Shown: piece by piece, positions 54,946 through 63,923 of the stretch
How the letters are laid out: the number at the start of each line of letters is the position of its first letter
How positions within the stretch are numbered: position 1 is the first letter of the stretch
Made by a program: the position numbers and the translations under genes
The notes under the pieces: model-generated
Seen by the model: only the letters and a program-made list of their open reading frames with translations
What the model was told of the DNA's origin: nothing
Database searches by the model: none
Virus record (IMG/VR): IMGVR_UViG_3300046820_002180
Span: 31,821 to 95,820 of that record
DNA length: 64,000 nucleotides
Reading direction: 5' to 3' (one strand)
DNA from: a virus
Lineage: Duplodnaviria; Heunggongvirae; Uroviricota; Caudoviricetes

Positions 54946-55914
54946 TTATGTATTGTTTGCGTATCCTAATGGGAATCCATTTCTAAATTCCGATGTCATT
55001 TTTGGTATTAGTACTTGGTATGTTTTCATTAGTTCTTTAATACCATCATCCAAAGACCACTTTGGTTTCCATCCTGTCTTTTCAATCTTTTCATTTGAAA
55101 CTATGTAATCTCTTTTGTCAGGGTCTTCATAGAAATCTGAGTAAGTAATTGCAAAATCAGGAATGTATAATTTTATTTTTTCTAATAATTCTTGTTTACT
55201 TAAGTTAGCATCACTTAACCCGACATTGTAAACGTTCTCTTTCATTGTTTCATAATTTTCGAGAGCGAATGTAAACACATCACCAACATCTTGAATATGA
55301 ATGAAGTTACGTTTGAAATGTTTTTCAAATACAACAATGTATTTGTCGGTCATTGCTTTATAAACAAACTCATTTACCAACAAATCAGTTCTCATTCTTG
55401 GAGAAGAACCAAATACGGTTGCTAATCTAAAACAAGTTGCATTGGTGTAATTAAGTAAATGTCTTTCCGCTGCACATTTAGTTTCACCATATACCGATAT
55501 TGGATTTAATGGTGATTCTTCAGTACAAAATTTATCATCTTTACCAACACCATATCCACTATTTGTATTTGGATAGATAATCATTTGATTTGGACTAATG
55601 AAGTTCATCAAATTAATGATTTGATTATAGTTGATTTGTGTTGCTAATTCAGGGTCTTTTTTACAAGCAGGGAACCCGACAATTGCTGCTAATGGAATTA
55701 TAACATCGTGAGATTTAACTTCCCTTTCGAACAGGGTTAGATTTCTAACGTCACCATAAATGAAGTTATAATTTGGATTGTAAGTAAATTGGAGTGGGGA
55801 AATCTGATTGAACAATAACGTGTCAATTACAGTCACTTTATGACCCAAATCGAGTAGTTTTTTTGTTATCACTGAACCTAAGTATCCAGCACCTCCTGTG
55901 ATTAAAATTTTCAT
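54946..55914 (-). CDS. NAD-dependent NDP-sugar epimerase/dehydratase (extended SDR)
   Basis: TGGAGYLGS, LAAIVG, YGETK, FRLATVFG, RNFIHIQD. ATG 55914 preferred to the track start. Confidence 0.88.
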   Translation of the reverse strand: MKILITGGAGYLGSVITKKLLDLGHKVTVIDTLLFNQISPLQFTYNPNYNFIYGDVRNLTLFEREVKSHDVIIPLAAIVGFPACKKDPELATQINYNQIINLMNFISPNQMIIYPNTNSGYGVGKDDKFCTEESPLNPISVYGETKCAAERHLLNYTNATCFRLATVFGSSPRMRTDLLVNEFVYKAMTDKYIVVFEKHFKRNFIHIQDVGDVFTFALENYETMKENVYNVGLSDANLSKQELLEKIKLYIPDFAITYSDFYEDPDKRDYIVSNEKIEKTGWKPKWSLDDGIKELMKTYQVLIPKMTSEFRNGFPLGYANNT

Positions 55915-55960
55915 ATCTGTAAACACTAATTTAAATAATTTTTTATCAATAGTCAACCAC

Positions 55961-55990
55961 TTTAAATTTAAGAAAAAATTTTTTATATTT
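55961..55990 (+). promoter_or_regulatory. Putative promoter in divergent intergenic region
   Basis: TTTA 55961-55964, 19-nt spacer, TATATTT 55984-55990, before GTG 55996. Confidence 0.4.
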
Positions 55991-55995
55991 AAACT

Positions 55996-57267
55996 GTGGA
56001 AGAAAAAATTATTTGCAGTTTAGAGGATTGGGACAGTATTCTAAACTATTATAGACCAAACGGTTCGTCCAAAACCTGGTACATTAAGGAGTTAAAAAGA
56101 TTGGCAATACCACATATGTGGGGTCAATGGAATGTGTACACCGAACAAGGTGAGATGTTCCAAGACGGACATATGAGAAATTCCATCACTCCAACCCATA
56201 GTAGTCTGATAAAATATACCCCAAAAGAGGAGATTGGTGATTCCAAACACATATACATAATCAATGTGTATAGTCACGATTTTTTCACACTTAACAATGA
56301 GATTGGGTTAAAGTGTATATCTCCCGAGTACATCGAAGATATTAGAAATGGTAAGTGTAAAATATTGATGTTCTTCATTTATGAGGGATACTCAGGCATC
56401 CAAAACAACTATGATTTTGAAATGATTGAAAAGTGGAGATTACAGATGAATTTTCCTGTAAATTCAATTTACTATGTCTGCGGTAATCTTTTATCTGAAC
56501 AAATTGTTAAAAACAAAGGTCTTGGATACCAAGCTAGAGGTATTCACTATTTTGAACCGTGGAACCAATATAAAGGACCAATGGTGGACTTTAAACCAAG
56601 TGATGACAAATACCTATTTCTATCCTATAATCGTCAACCTAGACACCATAGATTACGTTTTATGATTGATTTATATGAAAAGGGGTTGATATATGATGGT
56701 TTAATAAGTTTAGATAAAATCGTACATCCATTACCTTATTCCGTACCACCTGAAGTCTATCACTTTTTTTACAACAACACACCATTTATGATTGATAGTA
56801 TGCCAGAACTACGATTCAATCTTGCGTGTAACATAACCACTGAAGATTTTGAAAGAACTTTTGTTTCAGTTGTTACTGAAACATTGGTAGATACGGGTAC
56901 ATTATTCTTTTCAGAAAAGATATGGAAACCAATTATGGTTGGACATCCATTCTTATTATATGGTAATGAAGGTTCATTAAAGTATTTAAAATCAATTGGT
57001 TACAAAACTTTTGATAGATGGTGGGATGAAAGTTATGATAGTGAACCTGATAGAGATAAGAGAAGTAAAATGATAGTTGATGAGCTATTAAAATTGAAGC
57101 AGAAATCAAAAGAAGAGTTAATTAAAATTAGAGAGGAGATACAAGAGGTATTGGTTCACAATAAAGAAAACTATAATCGAATTTATAAAGAGAAGTATAG
57201 TGAAAGTGACCAATCATCAACAATAAGGGAAGTTTTATTAGAAATGTGGAATGAATTAAATGGGTAG
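55996..57267 (+). CDS. Putative GT-B glycosyltransferase-like protein (paralogue; GTG start)
   Basis: LSYNRQPRHHR, VSVVTET, FSEKIWKPI, GYKTFDRWWDESYD. Confidence 0.5.
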   Translation: MEEKIICSLEDWDSILNYYRPNGSSKTWYIKELKRLAIPHMWGQWNVYTEQGEMFQDGHMRNSITPTHSSLIKYTPKEEIGDSKHIYIINVYSHDFFTLNNEIGLKCISPEYIEDIRNGKCKILMFFIYEGYSGIQNNYDFEMIEKWRLQMNFPVNSIYYVCGNLLSEQIVKNKGLGYQARGIHYFEPWNQYKGPMVDFKPSDDKYLFLSYNRQPRHHRLRFMIDLYEKGLIYDGLISLDKIVHPLPYSVPPEVYHFFYNNTPFMIDSMPELRFNLACNITTEDFERTFVSVVTETLVDTGTLFFSEKIWKPIMVGHPFLLYGNEGSLKYLKSIGYKTFDRWWDESYDSEPDRDKRSKMIVDELLKLKQKSKEELIKIREEIQEVLVHNKENYNRIYKEKYSESDQSSTIREVLLEMWNELNG

Positions 57268-58000
57268 ACTTTTTACATTTGGTTGTAGTTTCACGAGTTA
57301 TATTTGGCCTACGTGGGCAGATTTTGTTGCTCTAAATTTTGACATTCATCAAAATTGGGCAAATGCTGGTGCCGGTAACTACTTTATATCATCAAGATTA
57401 TACGAATGTAATTCCGTAAATAAATTAACGAAGGATGATACTGTATTATTGATGTTTAGTCAATATTTCAGAAATGATATGATTGACAAAAATTCCAATT
57501 GGATAAACGCGGGTAATCTCTACAATCAAACTTTATATGGTCACGATTTTGTTACCAAATATTGGACCGATGAACACGGATATTTTATGAGTTGGTACAA
57601 CATATTGAGTGTGAAGTACTTATTAGATAGTATTGGTTGTAAGTATAAGTTTATGTCTGCATTTGACATATCATTACAAAAAGGGTCGTTAGAAAACACA
57701 CCAAAAAGAATGGTTAATTGTAGTAACGAACTACAAAAAATACTAACCGTCGATAATTTAATGGATTTTAATGAAGGTAAACCACAATATAACTTTATTG
57801 ATGAGTTTGATTCACACCCAACAATAACAACCCATTTGAATTGGGTAAAGACAAGGTTACCTGAGTATTATACTGAAAGTATGGATATGGTTGCGGAAAA
57901 ATGGGAGTCATTGGTTGAAAAAGACAAAAAAAATACATATATTAACTTCAAACAAATAGTTGAAAAAAGTAGAGATTTCTCTGACTTTAAAAGTATATGA
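57260..58000 (+). CDS. SGNH/GDSL-like protein (paralogue of 48949-49758)
   Basis: FTFGCSFT, NAGAGN, DSHP. Confidence 0.55.
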   Translation: MGRLFTFGCSFTSYIWPTWADFVALNFDIHQNWANAGAGNYFISSRLYECNSVNKLTKDDTVLLMFSQYFRNDMIDKNSNWINAGNLYNQTLYGHDFVTKYWTDEHGYFMSWYNILSVKYLLDSIGCKYKFMSAFDISLQKGSLENTPKRMVNCSNELQKILTVDNLMDFNEGKPQYNFIDEFDSHPTITTHLNWVKTRLPEYYTESMDMVAEKWESLVEKDKKNTYINFKQIVEKSRDFSDFKSI

Positions 58001-59022
58001 AAATAGTACACACATACATACAAACAGGAAATAGCGGTCCATTAAATAAGAATATATTTTATTTAATGTCATTATCTCTATTGTTAGCTAAAAGACATTA
58101 TGGGTATGTTGTGTTGTATACAAATCAAGAGGTAGGTGATATCGTTAAAAAGATAGGTTTACCTTATGATGAAATCAATACTGATGTTTTAAAAGACGTA
58201 AACGTTAAAACCTTTTCGGTGCCTAAATTAGTTGTTTATTCACAACAAACCGAACCTTACATTCACATTGATTTAGATACTTTTATTTTTAAAAAGATAT
58301 TCTTCAACGATTTTGAAAACATTTACTCCACCTTTGCTGAAGGTAGCGGAGACATACTTAACTTTGAAAGAACAAATACTTCTTTTTATACAACGTACGT
58401 TAAAAGAAGTTTTGAAATTCAAAGTAAATTACCCGAAGAGTTTTTAAAATACGTTAAGTTCAATAATGTTCCGAATATGTCAGTATTTGGTGGACATAAC
58501 TTTGAATTGATTAAAGAATCTTCAAAATATTGTTTAGAACTATACCAAAACCATACTGACTTTTTCGATTCAAATTATTATAACGCTTGTATCATTGAAC
58601 AACTATTCATTCCTGCAGCGATGAGAATGATAAAGGGTGACCACAATTTAGAAAACTTCAAATTCCTATTCGAACATAATCCAACATATATTGAGTTTAG
58701 TAAAGGTAAAGATTGGGATTTTCCTTTTGGGATAAGGTCTGGTGAAGATTTAACTATGGTTGATGATTATCACAATTTATTTAAAAGAGTAATGTTTGAC
58801 TTCAATGGATTTTTACATTTGAATGGATATAAAAATTTTGAGGAGATTATTTTCTTAATAAAAGAACGTATCATTGAAGATTTTAATGGTCTAAACTACA
58901 TTGCGATTATTGATAATATGTTTCCTAAACAGACAAAGTCTGATGAAATTAGTTTAATGTACTATAAGTACTTATTATCATTAACCAACAGACTTAATGG
59001 TCTAATAATGAAAACTAAATAA
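57997..59022 (+). CDS. DUF6734-like (GT-A/DxD) protein
   Basis: LYTN, PKLVVY, PYIHIDLD, PNMSVFGG, IIEQ. Confidence 0.55.
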   Translation: MKIVHTYIQTGNSGPLNKNIFYLMSLSLLLAKRHYGYVVLYTNQEVGDIVKKIGLPYDEINTDVLKDVNVKTFSVPKLVVYSQQTEPYIHIDLDTFIFKKIFFNDFENIYSTFAEGSGDILNFERTNTSFYTTYVKRSFEIQSKLPEEFLKYVKFNNVPNMSVFGGHNFELIKESSKYCLELYQNHTDFFDSNYYNACIIEQLFIPAAMRMIKGDHNLENFKFLFEHNPTYIEFSKGKDWDFPFGIRSGEDLTMVDDYHNLFKRVMFDFNGFLHLNGYKNFEEIIFLIKERIIEDFNGLNYIAIIDNMFPKQTKSDEISLMYYKYLLSLTNRLNGLIMKTK

Positions 59023-59031
59023 TTATAATAG

Positions 59032-60669
59032 ATGTATATTATTGGAGTATCCGCATATTATCACGATTCTTCTGCTTGTCTTTTTAAAGATGGGGAATTA
59101 GTCTTTGCTTGTGAGGAAGAAAAGTTCACTGGAATCAAACACGATAGTTCATTTCCTGAAAAGACTATAGAATACATTTTTAACCACTTCAATTTAAAAA
59201 AATCGGACATCGAGGCGGTTTGTTATTATGAGAATCCAAAACTCAGGTTCAAAAGAAGGAAGTCGTTTTTCACTTCATTAAAAACTAACATCAAAGTTTG
59301 GTGGAATTTAAGAAAGATATCTGATAAGATACATTATACCTCACATCATATGTCACATATGGCTTATTCGTATTTATCATCGAATTTTGATAAGGCGGTT
59401 ATAGTATCTGTTGACGGTGTTGGTGAAACCTCAACAGTTTCATTCGGTAAAGGTATCAATGGGGTGGTTCACAATATTAAGACAATCGAATACCCTGATT
59501 CATTAGGGTTATACTATTCAGCAATGACTGCCTTTCTTGGTTTTAAACCAAACGAAGGTGAGTATAAAGTAATGGGTTTGGCTGCATATGGTGACCCCGA
59601 AAGATTTAGAAGTAAAGTTGCTCAGTTAATTAATTTTGATGGATATAAATTATCCTGTAATATGGATTGTTTCATATGGAATAAATCCGATGACACAATG
59701 TTTAATTACAAATTAGCTGATTTATTAGGTATTGAAAATAGATTACCAAATACCCCTCTTACTGAAGACCACAAAGATTTAGCGGCGTCAGTACAAGAAA
59801 GATATGAAGAGTTGTTTTTCCAATTAATAAAAGATGCGAAATTGTTTTATCATTCAGATAACATTTGTATTGGGGGAGGTTGTGCGTATAATGGATGTGC
59901 TAATGGTAAAATAATTAAAAATGGAATTTTTAAAAAGGTATGGGTACCACCAGCACCTTCTGATGCGGGTTCTTGTATTGGTTCTTGTTTAGATTATTTA
60001 TCTAAAGTTAAAGGTCTTAATGTAAGAGTTACACCAACACCATTTTTAGGTCCTTCTTATAGTCATAATGAAATTCAAAATACATTAAACAAATACGGAC
60101 ATAAAATATTTTATAGAAAACACACAAAAGAAAGATTATATAAAAGGACTGCACAATATCTAAGTATGGGGTTAGTTGTTGGATGGTTTCAAGATAAGAT
60201 TGAATTTGGTGCAAGGGCTTTAGGTAATAGGTCAATATTAGCGAATCCAACAGTGCCAGATATGCAAGAAAGAATTAATAAAGTAATTAAAAAAAGAGAA
60301 GGGTTTAGACCATTTGCACCTATGGTGACGTTCGAACGTCAAAGTGAATTCTTTGATTCAAAAGAATATATCCCATATATGAATCAAGTGGTTAATGTGT
60401 TGAAAAAATATAGAGATAAATTACCGGCAGTTACTCACGTTGATGGTAGTGCGAGAGTACAATCTGTAACACCACACAACCCAATTTACTCATTATTAAA
60501 AGAATTTGAAGAAAGAACTGATTACCCAATATTATTGAATACATCTTTTAATGTTAAAGATAAAACAATGGTTTTAACACCGGAAGATGCTATATTAACA
60601 TATTTGGACACAGCTATGGACATATTGGTGATTGGTGATTATATTATCTATAAAAACGGAAACAAATGA
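59032..60669 (+). CDS. O-carbamoyltransferase (NodU/CmcH family)
   Basis: YHDSSAC, HHMSH, DGVGE, EYKVMGLAAYG, GARALGNRSILA, REGFRPFAP, HVDGSAR, LLNTSFN. Confidence 0.95.
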   Translation: MYIIGVSAYYHDSSACLFKDGELVFACEEEKFTGIKHDSSFPEKTIEYIFNHFNLKKSDIEAVCYYENPKLRFKRRKSFFTSLKTNIKVWWNLRKISDKIHYTSHHMSHMAYSYLSSNFDKAVIVSVDGVGETSTVSFGKGINGVVHNIKTIEYPDSLGLYYSAMTAFLGFKPNEGEYKVMGLAAYGDPERFRSKVAQLINFDGYKLSCNMDCFIWNKSDDTMFNYKLADLLGIENRLPNTPLTEDHKDLAASVQERYEELFFQLIKDAKLFYHSDNICIGGGCAYNGCANGKIIKNGIFKKVWVPPAPSDAGSCIGSCLDYLSKVKGLNVRVTPTPFLGPSYSHNEIQNTLNKYGHKIFYRKHTKERLYKRTAQYLSMGLVVGWFQDKIEFGARALGNRSILANPTVPDMQERINKVIKKREGFRPFAPMVTFERQSEFFDSKEYIPYMNQVVNVLKKYRDKLPAVTHVDGSARVQSVTPHNPIYSLLKEFEERTDYPILLNTSFNVKDKTMVLTPEDAILTYLDTAMDILVIGDYIIYKNGNK

Positions 60670-60782
60670 AAACATTTATTGGATGGTTAACCCACAAATG
60701 GGTTGAATGGAAAAAGAAAAGAGAATTTAAAAAGAAATTAGCTGAACTTAAAAAAAGAGACCCATTCATTTATAAACACTAA
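60666..60782 (+). CDS. 38-aa basic peptide ending RDPFIYKH (not in ORF track)
   Basis: MKTFIGWLTHKWVEWKKKREFKKKLAELKKRDPFIYKH*; ATGA-coupled to the carbamoyltransferase. Confidence 0.6.
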   Translation: MKTFIGWLTHKWVEWKKKREFKKKLAELKKRDPFIYKH

Positions 60783-60783
60783 A

Positions 60784-61410
60784 ATGGACGACATTATTGT
60801 ATTAGTGGCGGTTGGTGAGTATTATAACCAAGAAATAAAAGATTATTATTGGGACTTAAAAAACTCAGGTTTTACTATCAAAGTACTAACAGACGAACCA
60901 TCACATTATGATATAAATGATATATCATTATATAATAGACCAATTTTTAATTATTTTGATAAAATACATTTTTCATTAAAAATAGTTGAAGAATATGGTA
61001 ATAATGTCATTTATATGGACGGTACATCTGCATTACCTAAACATATTCTTACAAACATATCATCTCGTTCTGAATCCGACTTCATATACACGTCGAATTG
61101 GCCAAAGGGTAATTTTTATGGATATGAAGACGACCCTTGTTTTAGGTATTTGTTTGAGTATTTTCGTTACAAAAACATACCCATTATCAATTACCCAACA
61201 ATTTTAGAACAGGTTATGGTCTTTAAAAAGACCATTAATTATAAACTGATTAATAAAGAATTACAAATCCTACAAACCGTATTTGATTACATTTCTGTAA
61301 TGAATGATAATACATATATAAGACCATTTGTATTAGGTTCTGCGGAAGGGTTAGCACTTTCAATAGTCTTAACTAATAACGATATTCCATTTACAAAAAT
61401 TGATATATAA
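60784..61410 (+). CDS. Putative GT-A-like protein (paralogue of 36853-37596)
   Basis: VGEYY, VLTD, FNYFDK, IYMD, GSAEG. Confidence 0.45.
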   Translation: MDDIIVLVAVGEYYNQEIKDYYWDLKNSGFTIKVLTDEPSHYDINDISLYNRPIFNYFDKIHFSLKIVEEYGNNVIYMDGTSALPKHILTNISSRSESDFIYTSNWPKGNFYGYEDDPCFRYLFEYFRYKNIPIINYPTILEQVMVFKKTINYKLINKELQILQTVFDYISVMNDNTYIRPFVLGSAEGLALSIVLTNNDIPFTKIDI

Positions 61411-62354
61411 TGAAAATAATTTTTGTAAATTGGACAAAACCATTTTTCCATCGAGACAAATTTAATGGTTACAAAAAAGACATAACAATTGCAGACGAAA
61501 CGGATGATTATAAATTACAACCATACGAGTTGTATATGCAATTAGCGGCAATAACCAGTGCTAAGAAATATGGAGGAGTCCCTATTAAACTGTATACTGA
61601 TACCGTTGGTTATGAATACTACAAGAAGGTAGGGTTTATCGATTTATTTGATGAAATTGATGTTGATGTATTGAATAAATTAGATAAGACATTAATCAAT
61701 CCTGCACAATTTTGGACTAGTGGTAAAATATTTTCAATTTGTCACGAAAAACCACCATTTGTATTTTTAGATTTAGATTTAATAATTAAGACACCATTAC
61801 CTAAGTGGTTATTTAATTATGATGTTGTTCATACACATTGGGAAATGTTGAGGGGACATATGTACATCCACGACTATCAATTAAATGATGTTAAGTTACA
61901 TATGCCTGAGTTTGAGGAAAGGATGGCAATACCAAATACATCATTCTTATTTGTTAATAATAAGTTGTTACTTAACAAGTATCGTGAACTTCATATGAGA
62001 ATTGTAAATAAAACTTATGACAATGTTTTAGATTGGTTATGGTTAATGTCGGACCAAAATATTTTAGGATACACAATCAGACATTTAGACTTGAAGGTAG
62101 GTGATATTGAGAACAGACTTTTCATACAATTTGCCGACCCATACGACAACAGGTTTAAACAAGGGTACATTTCCGATTGGATGGAATATGAAGGTACTGT
62201 AAGGAATACACCCAAAATAGAATATGACCACATATGGTTGAAAAAATCACACATCGTTAATAATGAGGAATATAGGACAGAAAGAATTAACGAATGGACA
62301 CATATTGTGATTACAAACGGATATGAGGACTATTTGAATCTTTTACGGATTTGA
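61410..62354 (+). CDS. DUF6734-like (GT-A/DxD) protein (paralogue)
   Basis: LYTD, GKIF, PFVFLDLD, PNTSFLF, SDQ. Confidence 0.55.
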   Translation: MKIIFVNWTKPFFHRDKFNGYKKDITIADETDDYKLQPYELYMQLAAITSAKKYGGVPIKLYTDTVGYEYYKKVGFIDLFDEIDVDVLNKLDKTLINPAQFWTSGKIFSICHEKPPFVFLDLDLIIKTPLPKWLFNYDVVHTHWEMLRGHMYIHDYQLNDVKLHMPEFEERMAIPNTSFLFVNNKLLLNKYRELHMRIVNKTYDNVLDWLWLMSDQNILGYTIRHLDLKVGDIENRLFIQFADPYDNRFKQGYISDWMEYEGTVRNTPKIEYDHIWLKKSHIVNNEEYRTERINEWTHIVITNGYEDYLNLLRI

Positions 62355-62380
62355 CTTTTTAGTTTTTTTTCTTTATATTA
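62350..62380 (+). promoter_or_regulatory. Putative Bacteroidota-type promoter
   Basis: TTTG 62350-62353, 20-nt spacer, TATATTA 62374-62380. Confidence 0.45.
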
Positions 62381-62386
62381 TATCAT

Positions 62387-62821
62387 ATGATTTATTGGTT
62401 TACAGGGCAACCTGGTGCAGGAAAAACAACCTTAGCTAAAAAGTTAGTTGAGTATTTAAATGTTGGAAACACCATTCACATTGATGGTGATGATTTAAGA
62501 GACATCTTTAAAAATAAAGATTATTCTGAAAATGGAAGACGTGCAAATATTCAAAAGGCTATGGATATTGCATATTTTCTAAATGAAAAAGGATACAATG
62601 TGGTGGCTTCATTAGTGTCACCATATAAAGATTTAAGGGACGACCTTAAAGGTAAATCCGATGCAATTGAAATATACGTTCATACAACTGACATTAGAGG
62701 TAGGGAAAACTTTCACGTTAAGGACTACGAACCCCCGACCGAAAATTATATATCAATTAACACAACTGATACCGAATTAATGGTATCGTACACGGAATTA
62801 ATCAATAAATTATTTTTATGA
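62387..62821 (+). CDS. cysC: Adenylyl-sulfate (APS) kinase
   Basis: WFTGQPGAGKTT, DGDDLR, SLVSPY, YEPP. Confidence 0.88.
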   Translation: MIYWFTGQPGAGKTTLAKKLVEYLNVGNTIHIDGDDLRDIFKNKDYSENGRRANIQKAMDIAYFLNEKGYNVVASLVSPYKDLRDDLKGKSDAIEIYVHTTDIRGRENFHVKDYEPPTENYISINTTDTELMVSYTELINKLFL

Positions 62822-63180
62822 GTAAAAAGTATGCACTGTACATCGGAAGATGGCAGAATTGGCACAAAGGACACGAATGGTTAATTAGACAACAATTAGA
62901 CCAAGGTAAAAATGTATGGGTGGCAATTAGAGATGTTGAAGTTGATGAAAACAATCCCAAAACGGCACGAGAAGTGTTTGAAGAATTAATTAAAGAACCT
63001 TTCTTTAATGACAATTTCGATAAGTTATTATTATCAATTATTCCTGACATTGAATCGGTGAATTATGGTAGAGGAGTTGGGTATGAAGTAATCTATCACG
63101 AACCACCTGCAGATGTTGCGGCAATAAGTGGTACTAAAATCCGTAATGGAGAAATAAACAACGATGGTAGTAGAACGTAA
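62818..63180 (+). CDS. Small HIGH-motif nucleotidyltransferase (cytidylyltransferase-like)
   Basis: YIGRWQNWHKGH (HxGH) and ISGTKIR (KMSKS-equivalent). Confidence 0.75.
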   Translation: MSKKYALYIGRWQNWHKGHEWLIRQQLDQGKNVWVAIRDVEVDENNPKTAREVFEELIKEPFFNDNFDKLLLSIIPDIESVNYGRGVGYEVIYHEPPADVAAISGTKIRNGEINNDGSRT

Positions 63181-63385
63181 ACGACATATAGCCAAAACTA
63201 TATCCTACAGAGTTATAAGTACATTAATCGGATTTGTAATTATGTGGTGGGTTAGTGGTGATATTAAAGTCGGAGCTGCATTTGGTATTGCTGAACTTGT
63301 ATATAAACCAATTCAATATTATATTCACGAAAGGATATGGTATAAGTGGATAAAATTTGGATTAAGAAAGGAAAATGACAAATAA
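63164..63385 (+). CDS. DUF2061-like small membrane protein
   Basis: RHIAKTISYRVIST...YYIHERIW. Confidence 0.75.
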   Translation: MVVERKRHIAKTISYRVISTLIGFVIMWWVSGDIKVGAAFGIAELVYKPIQYYIHERIWYKWIKFGLRKENDK

Positions 63386-63923
63386 TGAATTCTACATATT
63401 TGAAAACTTTTTATCAAATGATGAATGTCATTATGTGTTAAACAAGTGTCACAAAGAATTAACATTAGAAACTGCAGGAGTTGCGAACGGAAATCCGAAC
63501 GAAAGAAAATCTTCAGTATCTTGGATTAATGATTTGGGTGATGTTAATATTAGATTAAAAGAAATATTAAGAGAATCTTTTAAATTGAATGGAGCTGAGG
63601 TCACAGGTCTCGGCTCTTTTCAATTTACTGAGTATAAAGTTGGTGAGTATTATGGTTGGCACACCGATAGGGATTCAAATATATTTAAAGAAAGAATTAT
63701 ATCAACTGTTATTCTTTTAAATGATAACTACGAAGGTGGATTTTTAGAAATAAAAGATTCGAAAGGTGACATTGTACCTTCACAAAAAAGAGCAGGTACG
63801 TTATATGTTTTTGAATCAGGTTTAAGACATAGAGTTACTCCTGTTGAATCGGGTACAAGGTACTCATTAGTAAATTGGGTGTCGATTGTTAAGACTACCA
63901 CAAATAAACAAAATCTAATATGA
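63375..63923 (+). CDS. 2OG-Fe(II) oxygenase (prolyl-hydroxylase-like)
   Basis: WHTD, YEGG, HRVTPV, RYSLVNW. Confidence 0.88.
   Translation: MTNNEFYIFENFLSNDECHYVLNKCHKELTLETAGVANGNPNERKSSVSWINDLGDVNIRLKEILRESFKLNGAEVTGLGSFQFTEYKVGEYYGWHTDRDSNIFKERIISTVILLNDNYEGGFLEIKDSKGDIVPSQKRAGTLYVFESGLRHRVTPVESGTRYSLVNWVSIVKTTTNKQNLI

Noticed and set aside
48404-55990. Minus-strand cassette as an invertible (phase-variable) segment
   Set aside because: I found no matching inverted repeats at the two ends and no recombinase in the window; a terminator and divergent promoters explain the boundaries.
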